NCBI GenBank assembly: GCA_021613535.1
Contig: CP075495.1
Location: forward strand, 10,168,001 to 10,232,000
Origin: Adineta vaga
Lineage: Eukaryota > Animalia > Rotifera
Reading direction: 5' to 3'
Length of the DNA: 64,000 bases
Below, piece after piece: positions 11,571 through 24,850 of this stretch. Positions within the stretch are counted from its first letter, which is position 1, and each line of letters starts with the position of its first letter. The notes beneath the pieces were generated by a model. The model was not told where the DNA came from. It made no database searches and saw nothing but the letters and a program-made list of their open reading frames with translations. A program made the position numbers and the translations under genes.

Positions 11571-13780
11571 TTAAAATGGTCGATAAGAATGAAATCCATT
11601 ATGAATATGATAATTTTCTGGTATAGAATTTGTTGCTTGTCTTGTATGTTGTGTTCGATAGAGATAATCCATTTTAGCTACTTGTCCATTTTTATTTGTC
11701 CATTCGATAAGAAAAATAATTTGTCGATGACGTGGAGGAATACAATCAAATGTTGATAAGGCTTTTCGTGAATTACGAATACGTACACTATCATTTAAAT
11801 CAATTTCGATATTTAAAAAGTCTATTAAAGATAAGTTTTCAGCAATAAATATAGTAAAATTATGTTCATTTGTTGTGACATAATAATTATAATCAAGTCC
11901 CTAGAAAAATAAAACCAAAGTATGAAAGGAACAAACGATTTTTACAAACTTTTTGTGGTGGATTATGATTTTTTAGAACAGTTGCAATTAAACAATCAGC
12001 TAATAAGGTTGCAGGTTCATGAGTAACTTGAACATTCAATTGAACTTTTGAATGAATGACTAGTGTATAATCTTTCGTAGATTCATTATCTTCATTCCAA
12101 AAACTAGCTGAAAAAGGTATTAGAACATAATAACCAGGTTCTAATGATCCAATCCAGTGTGTAAATGCTCCACGATTTGTACATAATATTGCTTGATATG
12201 TTCCAACTTCCTTCGAAGCTCCTTGCTCAACATTACATAGAACAAATGATTGTGTATGGTAATTTCTTATTCGACGATTTGGACGATGGTACAACAAACT
12301 GATATTGACTAATGATGTTCTACAAATGAGGATATACATATATATATATATATATAATGACGTGAGATTTTTCTTTTGTAGAGAATTATATTTACTTGGA
12401 TAGATGAAAATGAAATGTAGGAAGTGATTGTGTTGCTGATTGAGTAAAATGATTAACTTCGCGAACATCATAATCATCACTAGCATATGATGATATTGTA
12501 ATTGAATTAAAAAATCGAAGAAATTTTGGCCAAGATATCCAAAATACACCGGGAGATCGACTATTTCGTCCGATAGAATTTAATTTATTCAATATGGGTA
12601 CAGTAAGAAATTCATCTTGATAGTAAGAAGAGGCATGTGGATCACGGACTAGGACAAACGGCAATAATATTGATGCATTCGAATATGCAGCAAGTACAGA
12701 AAAAGCATGATTACTGGGAATATGATTTCGTGCATATTCTTCCTCACTGATATCTAATCGACCAGTCGATGCACCAATTAATAAACTAGAAAAGAAAGAT
12801 AACAAACTATTTTTGACTATGATCAAATGAATTAAATCATACTGTGATTCACAAGCAGATAAAAGTTTTGCCCATATGATTTCATCATCAATAGTATTCT
12901 TAGTTGGATTTAATTCAATATGTTCACATGGAGCACCAGTTAACAATTGTAACCCTTCTTCAGTTTGTCCACCAATTAAATCTGCATATGAACCGAATAG
13001 TTTCGCACAAGCTTTTTCAATTAATGGAACATATAATTGTCGATGATGTGCTTGGGTAAATGCAAGTTGATTATATTGTGTACAAGGAAAACAATCATCA
13101 ACAATAACTGTTTTCCATAAACCATTATGACAAAGACGAATGAGATAAACACCTTGTTCATTAATCGTTTTAGTTAATAGGATATGTTCAAGCATATGTG
13201 GTCGTTCAGTAATCAAAGCTAGAGCAGCCATTAACCAACAATCACCAAGAGCACCTTGTTGAATATCACTTGGCTTTGGTACGAATAGACAGACCAATGT
13301 CGATGAGGATCAGAATGTAATAATGGAGTTATATGAGCAATTCTTAACCACTTCAATGGATGATTACTAACAGACTCAATTTCACCGATTGAACGGAAAA
13401 TTGGAGGAAATTGATCATCAACAAAATGTGTACCTTCCTACGAGAAATTTCATTCATAGACATAAAAAGGAAAGAGAAATTCAATACCATTCTACAAAAA
13501 TTCACTATATCACGATAAAGTTTTTCCGCTTTTGCTTCATCTGTTTGTCGACGATCACGAATAGGTAATGATTCATATGTTGTATTAGATAATTTTGTAT
13601 TAATCAATTTTTTCTAAAAGAAAACTTATATTTATGAGCGAAAAAACAAAGACTTATTTTTTGCATACTGAACTTACTTGTGACTGATGATTCGATGAGA
13701 TATTCTCTAATCGACGTGACCGATATGTTGATATCTGATTTGACTGTAAATTTTGTCCTTGCTCCTTTCGATGCTTCCAT
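11571..13780 (-). CDS. Calpain-15/SOL (calpain-D)-like cysteine protease; contains an apparent frameshift and the start is uncertain
   Basis: FVDDQFPP..KWLR, PSDIQQGALGDCWLMAAL, GLWKTVIVDDCFP, LIEKACAKLFGSY, HAFSVL, GVFWISW, and SOL-type C-terminus DCIPPRHRQII; no EF-hands or N-terminal Zn fingers seen. Confidence 0.85.
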
Positions 13781-15049
13781 CTGTGTGTGTATTAAATCTA
13801 TTACTACTCATATTCACTATCTAAAGAAAATGTATCGTCAATTTAGGAAATAACAATCATGAATAACTCCGACTAGTTTTACTCATTTTCAGTTCTTTTT
13901 TCTATTACTCATTTTCTTTCCTTCCTGTATGTTAGTGTCAGTTACGTATCGGAAAGTTATAGTCTCTTACAATTGACTAATGTTGTGAGTCATCACTATA
14001 GTTTGCCCTTTTGCTTGTTCGAAATAAATCGAGAAAAAGAGAGAGAGAGAGAAAGAACGGAGAGAGGGAGACAGAGAGAAAAGGAAACCTACATACACGA
14101 TGCATTATGTTACCATACCAATAGATGACATTAAATTATAGACAAAGCATGATCAATGTATTTGAATACAGTAACTATTGTGTTATGTCACATTCTTTTT
14201 CGACTATTTAAATAGTTTTAAAAACACATTCAATATGGATTAGTTACAATCAATGCATGAATGACAAAGAAAAACGTTTTTATATGTACAATCAATCGAA
14301 TTTATTTGCTTACGACATCATTTTCAGTTCAAAATCGAACTATTACTTCTGCATATATAACCTAATCTTAACGACCTTACTCTAGTCTATTCTAGATAAT
14401 ATTAATTTAACTTATAGAACATGAAGTAAATTGTGAAACGTTACAGATATAAGGGAAGAAAAATATGAACAGAATCACATAAATGAAATGTCATTATATA
14501 TCTTCAATGAATAGACTTTTTATAGATGAAAATATTCAGTATGGTTTTCGAGGTCGACATTTTTCTTTGATTCGAGCGGCACTTCACTTTTATGGTAATA
14601 TAAAGTTCAAGGTTTTGACATAGTTGAACTGATTTTTTTATCAGAATAGAAAAAAAATAAGACATAGGGTAAAAATCAATGTCTACAGATGTAGTCAAAG
14701 TAATCTACCCTCTCACATCACTCGATAAATTCTGGTTACTTTTTGTGTTAAAAATGGTTGATCAATTTTCATACAATTGACTGAAGAGTAATGGTTACTA
14801 TGATTTTGAATACCGTTTTAAATCATGTTTCATCCTAAATCTCATCTATTAAATGATATCAAAACTGACTAGAGAGTCGTATAAACAATAGGATTAAAAA
14901 CTTCTTATAGTTGTTGATATTTTACAAACAAAAATCTGTGATGAAATTGTTTTATTCTTAAATTCTATATTGAACTACATTGAACATAAAACAAGTAAAA
15001 AAAAGTATTTCTTTTTTTTCTTGTTTGTAATTCTAATTCGTTTATATCT

Positions 15050-18000
15050 TTAAATTAAACTGGGACGTCGATCTACTTCAGTTTTCTTTTCTTCATCTTC
15101 TTTATTATCACCACCACTATTATCATCATCATCATCACCATCACGAAAACATTCATTATCAACTTCTTCGACTTGTAAATATCGTTCACCGTCGATATTT
15201 GTCCAATATTTGTTCGTTGATAAATTACGTTCATCAGTAGACATTTCACTTTCAATAGCAAATACAATACGTGCTCGTTCTAAATGCCTATTTGAAAGAA
15301 TGTTTATTCATTTTTAATTTCATATCAAGTAACAATTTAACTAACCAGATTTGTGTTGCACCTTCAATAACATTTCCATATGTATCACCCATCATAGCAA
15401 TTAATAAATTGAGTAATAGAATAGTAACAACAACAATATAAAAAACAAGTAATGTTACACTGATATAAGAAAATGATGTATCAGAATATGCATCAAGATC
15501 AAAGTCACCAAGCATACCAAGGAAACTTTGCTTTACACTCAAAAGAAAACCACCAAAACCTATGAGAAAGAAAAAGACACAAAACATATTTCTTTTCTTT
15601 CAAGTTTTATTTTACCATTATTATCAAATAGAATAAAGAATGCTTGTGAAAATCCTGCTAAAAAGACGCCATAGATAATAAAAAATCGAAGAACATCATT
15701 GAATAACATCTCATAGATCATCACCACAAATGGACCTGTTAAACGAAAAGCCATGACGAAAAAAAGCATATAACCCCAACCAAGAATGGCTGCAACTGCT
15801 AGCATAGCGCTTTCAGCGTGAAAATCAAATATACGAAGAATATTCACAAGATAGATACTTAGACAAAATAATAATGATAAGTAATTTTCTAATAAACCAG
15901 AACCCTATGTTCAAATCAAATAAATCTTCTTATTGGATCAATAAAACTCGTTTTTGTTTACCGTCGTTTGAAAATATTTCTTTAAACCTAAACTAGTCAT
16001 TTCGTTGTATTCAGATTTTCCTTTCCAGATTGCTCCTGCTAAAACAAATAAACGACCAACAGCACATATACTTTGATGGACCATCCCAGGTGGTTCAATC
16101 TTAGTTACCATGGCATCATCGCCTTCACCTTCAATCTAAAATAATATAGTTCCATATATATATATATATGGATATATATCAAATCATATATCAACTTTTT
16201 ACCGTTTCTATGCGAGATTGATCAAGTATTGTTGTAATAAGAAAAACGATTAAATAAGTAAATGTAATAAGAAATCGATGAAAAAAAATTCGTCGTGCAA
16301 AACGTTCCCATTTCTTATTGACTAAATCGATAAGACGTGGATGCATAATTAATTCTACATGTGCATTTTTGACGATAATTTCCAGTGCACCAACTGGTTT
16401 ACTATCATCATCCTAGAACAAAGCAAACAAAAGTTTAATTCAGTTTTAAATGTGTTGTCTCTTTACATCATCATCATCATCATCATCATTTTGAAATTCC
16501 AAATCAACTTGATCCAATGGATAAAGTACACAGGAAACAGGTCCAAAACTCCATTGTGTTATTTTTCGTTCTTCAAGTAAAAACGAAAACATATCAGCTT
16601 GACCAAGTTTAGCTGCTAATGTCAATGGTGTATATCCATCTTTATTTAAACGTTTCCATAATGGTGTATCTTTCTTTGATCCAGATGATTTTTTGTCATT
16701 TTCATCATCTTCATCTTCGTCACTTGATCCTTTGTCAAGTGCTTGCATTTCTATCCAACGTTGTTTAACTTTCGTATACATTTTTGGTAAATGATGAATA
16801 ACAAGTAAATGTAATAAATTGTTGCCATTGGAATCGACCTATAAAATGGAATACAAACGACGATTATCGAAAAATATATAAGTCAACTGAATATTAAAAA
16901 CGAAAACAATTGATTGGAGAGAGTGAGAACGATTACATGACGATAATCATCAATATTTAAAGTTGAGAAAATCTTTATACTATTTTTAATGTACCGTATT
17001 TCTTTACTTCTACAAAATAAGTTCAATAACTTATGATGAAGTTCTATTTGTCTTTCAGAATTTATCAACTAGAACAAATATCGGAATCAAATCAACCATA
17101 AAAAAGGACTATGTACGTATGATTGAATGAATTCTATTACAATGTATGCACTGGTTTATTTTTGTATTTTGTTGTGATAGGGGGTCATTGATTGACAGAT
17201 GCTTTATTCTATCCTTTACAAATATCTAACATATTTACGCATAGTTGAATAACTACTCCTACGTACGTGATACTATATTACCACCTACATGAAGACAGGT
17301 AAGGTAAATAATTCATTTTGTTTTTATGATACCAAACTATACCTTACTATATTGATGTTTTATTTTTCTTTCTTTTCTCTCGCATTTAATCATCTTTACA
17401 TAACATATAATACGGTCATTTGCAGACAAAATAGTTCATGGTTTCTGTTTGAAAAACAAATAGAATCGTCAAAGTTTAGTACATTTTGACATTCTGATTG
17501 CTTTTTTTTCTCTCAATTCAAGTCAATTACTCAGTCATTTGCCAGTCATACTCGATGAAATGTATGAAAATAAAAAAATAAAAATTTTTATGAAATACTT
17601 ACTGTATCCATAGACGCTCCATATTTTAGTAGAATTTCGGCTATATTCCATTGATTTGTACAACAAGCGAATGCTAATGGTGTTTCACCATAGTAACATG
17701 GGCGACCACTAAAATGAAATTTTGTCGAAAAAAGAAATTTTCTTTCATCAATAAAGAAAGCATACACTGCAAAAAAGTTGCCACTAGCACAAGCTGTTAA
17801 TTGTTGTTCTTGATAAATTTGATTACATTCATCGCCAAGTAGCCATTCAACCATTGTTGCATTTCGTTTAATAATTGCAATATGAAGAGGATTTTCACCG
17901 TAATATTCCTAAAAAATACAAAGAAATCTTTTCATTTCTATACAAATCAATTCGCTGATTTCGAGTTTACAGCTTCATTATATATCTGTGTTATTGTATG

Positions 18001-18330
18001 AGGAAAATTGGATATCAGAAATCGTGCCATACTGAGATGAGTTTCACTACCATATAAAAAACACATATGTATTGGACAATCACCGACTGGACCTCTTGCA
18101 TCAACATTTGTAGGATCTTGTTTAACAAGACGTTTCATCGCTTCTTCATCAGCTTTTCGTACAGCTTCCCAAATTGTTCCACCTTTTCGTGAATTTTCCG
18201 TTTGTCGTTCTACTGCCGATAGTTTCGATGCTTCATCTGTTGCTTTTGCTTTTGCTTGTGCAACGTTCAAAACTAAACGTGACCATATACTACTAACTGC
18301 AACAGACTTTTTCTCTTCTTCTGTACTCAT
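15050..18330 (-). CDS. TRPV-family cation channel (ankyrin repeats + 6 TM)
   Basis: Ankyrin motifs YYGENPLHIAI, YYGETPLAFACC and GYTPLTLAAKLG; QWSFGPVSCVLYPL; TGPFVVMIYEMLFNDVLRF; S6 LLNLLIAMMGDTY; TRP-box-like IWHLERARIV. Confidence 0.9.
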
Positions 18331-20799
18331 TGTCTAACAGAATCGTGTAGTTGTTACTAGTAAACCAGTTGTTTTTCGGTTAGCTCACCACGTTTATCAA
18401 TGTGATTGACAAGTGTGGTAATGATCAACATTTAACGAATAATTTACCTTTTTTTTCTAGTTTTCTTTTTCATTCAAACACTTGTTTCGTTTTCTACGTT
18501 TACCTGTAAGCAATGATTGTAAACTAAACCATACGCTAGTATAATCACGGCAATCAACCAATGCGAAAATATATAGCCTTTAAATGAAGGACACTCTACG
18601 TATTGCTGGTGATGAGAGGACTATAAAAAACAATATGTTTTCATCGTTAGTAATTTGTATCAGAGTTAATTAAGTTCATTTCAAATAGTTCCAGATTTTT
18701 AGTTTGAAAGACTTAATATCGATGAATAATTTTTTTGTATTGTTCAGTATTCGTTGGTTCGTTCGTTCGAAGATAATAGTTTAACGATCTTTCGCTCTTT
18801 TTATATGACGAACAAAACTTGTTTTTCCTGCGTATATGTTGTTTTTTAAATTAATGAACCATGAAATATTTAATAATCGTTTAAGCAACAGAACTTACCA
18901 GCAATATTGATAACTGGTTTTCTCCTGTAAAAGATATCATATCTGCAAGATAGTCACAAATATTTTAATCAATAATGTATGCGAATAAATTTATTGGTTA
19001 TTTTCCGTAAAAAATAGCTAGGTAAATAAAAAACTAAGTATCGATAAGTTGAGTACAAAAAAATAGAACATTAAGCTTTAATTATCCACCATTTTTCATT
19101 TTTTTTCTATCATTGAATACGTTTATGTGGCTTAAATTAGGTATGGAAACAGCGAAAAAGAAAACTATTATCTATTTCTCGGATTTTCACGTTGAACCGT
19201 TGATGAATTTGAATATATGATGATTTTTTTATAAGATGAAAGAAAATAAAACATTTTTCTCGAATGTTATATGTAATGATAAGAAACAAAATAATCTGTC
19301 TAACTGATCAATTACTTTAACTAATCTTTACATATGTACAGTAAAGAAACAGACTACTTTTGCCATCTGATTGATTTGTCATGATTTCACTTGAGTTCAA
19401 ATTATGTTCGAAAATCTAACGAAAATTTTTGGAAATAAATGGAAAATAGTAGACATTGACTAACAATCAGAATTGGTTTAAATCCTTCTTCTGCTTGCAT
19501 ATATATGCTATCGAGTTTGAATTGAACATAAATTTTTTGATAAGAATAATAATAGTTGAAGAAAATCTTTCATTTCAATTAACTCTGTCATAGTTTGTTA
19601 AAGAACGACTAAATTCCTTTTTGAGAATACTTCAAGTGAGATGAAATGAATTCTCTACTGACAGAGTGATGAACAGAAATGATGATCTTAATAACGTATC
19701 AAAATGTGTTCTTGAAATATTGACTATGTCGAAAGTTTTAGCGATATTTTCAAGAGAAAATATTGTTTTTTTATTTTCAAAGTTCGAGACAAGAAGGAGA
19801 CAACTAATTAATGCTTTCTATTTTATGTCTTTTTTTCATAATTATTCTTTTTTATACTGATCAATACCATTAGTGATCATTGCAAACAGGCCAAAACTGT
19901 TTTCTACTATCGGTTTAGTCAGTAAACGAGCTCTAAATCAGTCAAAAAACACTACCTGAAACGTATGTGCTGATCAATACTTGAGTTTTAGCTCCTTTAC
20001 TAATGTACTATTCATCAATCGAATCAAAATATAAACGATAACATCTCTACTGATGGTTTTACCTCATTAATTTTTCTTTGGCGTTTTTATCGTTCTTTTT
20101 TCTCTTTTTATATTTACCACTGCACATGCAACAACATGTAAATTATTGTGACTGATACATTTGTCAGATAACTTACACAACATGGCCATAGTTTGGAAGG
20201 TTTTCTTTCATATCTATATCATCAATATAAAACGTTATTTAACGATTTTTTTGGTTTTAGTAATAGTTATTTCTTTCGAATGCCGTTTACATTGTTTTCT
20301 CTATCTATCTTCATCTGTGCCAAACTAAGATCTTCGAAAAGGTTTTGAATCTTGAGTTATTCTATTAATACTACGTCGATGGTTGTCTGTTAATCATCAA
20401 AAAAATAGTCTGATGTGTTAATTAATAGATCTGATAGGAAAAAGTATTGGGATTCCCTTGACAGCGTACCGTGACTATCTTAATACCAGCATCACATCGT
20501 ATTTTCACGACTTATTTACTTAAAAACTACTGATTTTCTAAATTTCTTCTTAGAACAAAACAATGATTCTTCAGCTACTATTTTCTACGACGGTATACTT
20601 AAAATTATCTTTACTATTCATGTATCATTAAGTATTACCTTGTGGCATTAAAATAAGAGCAATTTATATCATAGAACAAGGTAAAAAATTGATATATTCT
20701 ATTGCATGATGGATATGTAATTGACTGAATATATCATTTAATTATCGTATCATTCAGAAACATAGACAAAATATTTTATATAATTTTCAGAGAACGACC

Positions 20800-23700
20800 A
20801 TGTATCATTTCTATCCATACTATCCAGTCCAACAACAACAACAACAATTTTTCCCATGGTACAATCAACCTTACATACCTCATACAACAACTTCCTTTGA
20901 TACATTCGGAAATCCTTCATACTCACACCCACTTACTGATTTAAATAGTTCTCATTATCCTGTCATAAACAAGAATTTTAAGACATTCTCAGATTTTGAA
21001 TTGGCCAATCTATTGAATGATCAGAGGAACATACTCAAACAATTACATGATCGAGATCAACAACAACAATTACCTATTCTTAATGAATTTCTCACAACAC
21101 TTCTGCATATTCCCAGATCAAAGCTCCTATTAGCTATCCCAAGTGACGTATCCTCCTTGATCCGAACAACATTTAATGCTATACTTCAAGAATGGCGATA
21201 TTTTTCATACTTACCAAATAATAAAGCATTGATGTTTCGTACTTCTACTAAACTCATACGCAGATTGATTAAAGTTGCCGATGATATCAAACTAATTCCA
21301 CTATGGATATCTGATTCCACACTACTTGATACAATTGCTACTTGTCTCACTGATATAGCTACCACTGGAAAATTTCTCGATCATAACAACAAATATCATT
21401 TCAAACATTTCACTCATCTCATCGAAACTTACACTCTCTATCAACAGTATCTCAATCAACATAATCACTTCAATAAAGACACTTTCATTCAACTACTTCA
21501 TCCCATTCAACAATGTCTCACTTCCAATCATTTCATCAATACATTTACAAATCTATCTACGACTTCCAATTCTCTCACCACAGTTCAAAAGTTTCTTCTT
21601 CTCAAATCTCCAGCATTTCTCACATCATACAATGGTATGACTTTCTTACATTCTCTCTTGCAACTTCGTCTACTTCTACTTAATTCGTTTAGGACCAGCA
21701 TTAGAAGAAACTATGCATCAGCTTTTGTCGACCATGTTGCCACACTATGTCACCATTCTTGGTCAAGCGATGAAATCATGTGCTCATTGGAGTCAATCAA
21801 TGATTCGATGTGTCGAATCAATATTGGCAACGATCAACCATGGTACACACGAGTTTCCGAACAATGTGAAAATGATGAGTGATCATTTAGCACTGATTGA
21901 TCATGTTTTGAAACTGTTAGATGAACCAATATTGTACAATAATGTGAATGAAACGTTGTCGAATGGCGAGACAATGTTGCTGAATAGTGCAATGCGTTTT
22001 CTAGTGCTTATGATGAGTGAACCAAATGTGCTTGCTCACATGAAAGAAAGTCATGCGGCACAATCATTTCTTCGTTTGACATCGTGTAAAAACGAAGGAG
22101 TGGTGTTGAATGCATATACTCTTCTTGCCAATGCATGAAGAGGATATAAGAGCAATGCCTGAATCAGATAAATTATTGGATGCCATCATTCAATCATTAA
22201 AAGCAACTATACATGAAAAATCAGAGAAAAAGCATGAAACAGAACAGCTATTGGAAACTCTAAAAGGTAAGAAAATGTTCTCGACTTTGCTCTTAATGTG
22301 ATGAAACATTTTTGTGTCATTACTCATATAGTGTATTGGGAGCTCTTTAGAACGATTATATTTACATTTTAGGTCTCATTCAACATGATCACATAAAAAC
22401 TGAAATAAGCAAAGAAAATGTCCTTCCATTTCTTCTTGAATTGACTGATAAATTAACTGGTAAAGCATATGTCTTACTACTGGAAATATTATGGTCATTG
22501 ACATTTCATGATGAAAGTGCGGTTCTTCTACGTTCCAATGCAAGTTTTCTGAAAAGAATTGAAACCATTTCAAAAGAAAGCCGTGATGAAGCATTGAAAA
22601 AAGCAGCTGATGGACTTGTATGGAAACTTATTCGAGGTATATATATATATATACATACATATTCTGACTAATAAAATTAGTAACACATACTTATTTGGAT
22701 ATATTTTAGAACCAGAATTTCTTGACAAGATTGCAAAACAGGAAGAAAATGAAGAACATACTGATGTAGACGTGACACAAACAATAGTTGAAGAAATTGT
22801 AAATGATGCTGGTCAAAAACAACTAGTGACAACAATCAAACCAGCCACACATCCCAGTGGTGAACGGATATTTCAGTTTGATATAATGATATCGTATTGT
22901 CATGCTGACAAAGAATTAACTCACAAAATTCACAAGTTTCTCGTAAAACAAGGTTTCAAAATCTGGATTGATCTTGATAATATGAATGGACCAGGTAAAC
23001 GCATATTTTTCATTCGCTAATTAAAGTGATCAATTTTCTTTCGTTTATGTCTTGGTTTAGCGATGAGTGCTATGGCAGATGCAGTGGAGAATTCAGAATT
23101 TGTAATTATGTGCATGTCAGATTCTTATAAACAAAGTACTTATTGTCAAGCAGAAGCTGAATATGCTTTTAACTGTAAACGACGATTGATTCCATTGATT
23201 ATGAGAGCAAAGTATCGGCCAGATGGATGGCTTGGTTTCTTGATTGGATCGAGAATATACGTGGATTTTGGTCGATTTGATTTCGATACAGCTTGTAGGA
23301 AACTCATGACCGAAATTAGTCTTCAAAGTAAACGACCATTACCATCAAAACTAAATGGAATCAATCAGCATGAAAAACCGGATGCTGCGACATCTAGTAA
23401 AAAGTCAACATCTACAATTCGTCAGGAAAAATCTTCGATGAATGATAATAACAATTTACTTTCTGAATTTACAAAACGAAAAGTAACATTTAACTTCAAG
23501 CGAAAATTAATTTCACAGTGGACAGATTCAGATGTCTTGGATTATCTATTTACTGAACATTTGATACAGATGATGCCATTATGCATAGAAATGAATGGCC
23601 GAGCATTTATTCAATTGTATAAAATGTGTATATCAAAACCTAGCCGTATGTATACTATTTTGAATGAAGAATTAAAATCAACATATAAAACAAAACTACC

Positions 23701-23995
23701 AATTGGAGTTTTCTCACGATTTCTAAGTGCTGTAGAACAACGATCGAACATGAATCCATGGGCATTACCAGAAACATCATTGCAATATTCTGAAACTGCA
23801 GTAACGAATAACATTCCAGAAGATATTCTTTCAAATATCTATAGCACACCAGTGATTAATTACGATCCAGTTCAATATAGTACCTATTCTGATAAACCCT
23901 ATGACCTTGTAATTACCTCTAATGCTTCAGCTCTCGATGTTTTAAGAGCAATAGAACGTTATGGACTAAATTTTGCAAAAACAATATTTCCATGA
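20800..23995 (+). pseudogene. ARM-repeat + TIR + SAM-like gene, copy 1; a 5-nt deletion at ~22134 gives a premature TGA (pseudogene, null allele or assembly error)
   Basis: Exons ~20800-21634, 21693-22266, 22373-22636, 22710-22994, 23061-23995. ARM-like EILWSLTF..ALKKAADGLVWKL; TIR FDIMISYCHADK..IWIDLDNM..YKQSTYCQAEAEYA..PDGWLG; SAM-like WTDSDVLDYL..MNGRAFIQL. Confidence 0.8.
21308..22134 (+). repeat. Near-identical ~826-bp direct repeat (copy A); copy B at 25623-26449
   Basis: Constant offset of 4315 bp, roughly a dozen mismatches by eye, includes the intron; flanks are clearly diverged. Confidence 0.95.
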
Positions 23996-24850
23996 AATAT
24001 ACAATTCAAGTGAACTTCAGGTGTAATTTTTATTTATAAGTTTTATGAAAATTTGAACAAATAATTAATAGATAATAAATACTGTATGAAATACCTATGA
24101 ATAGTAATGACCAATGAGCACATAATGATTGATAAGTAATTTTAGAATAGTTGTATACTATAGTCTTTTCTATGATTAATCTCTTTCTTCAATAGAAAAT
24201 ATGAAGCAAGACGAATTGGTTGAGCGAAAATTTTCGTAGATTTTATAACTAAACGAAGATTATCATTTACTTGGGTAGTAAATGACAACATATAAAGTAT
24301 TTTGATTTTTACTCACGATAATGATGATTAGAGCGAAAATATGTTTGTAGTATGACGTACGTTATCACTTTTTCTCTTTATTACTATTATACCTCAACAA
24401 AACGATTAATATTTTTTTCCTCTTCTACTATTACAATCATATTAAGATTGATTTTACAACAAGTAGACATACCCAATTTGGTCACTACTGATATTCTCAA
24501 TTGTCTATTTGAATGATAATACTTGATTTAAGTAACATTCAAAAGAGTTTTTTTCTTTAGTAAATAATGGATACGATTTGTTTCATTTGAAAAGAAAATA
24601 ATCTCGAATAGCGATGTTTTGCTTTTGACGTCAAATGAATTAATATACATCATGCGAATGAATGATTATCAATATGATTTCTATTTTTTTCCCTTTATCA
24701 ATGCATCGTTTCGCTTCGAAGAGTCTCTCCTTGGTATTATCATTCGTATGTTTTTATTTTATCATTGAGTATATAGAAAAAATGGATAGAAATACAATGA
24801 TTACATATAGGAGAAACAGTTGAGTATAGATTATAATATTATAGTTGACG

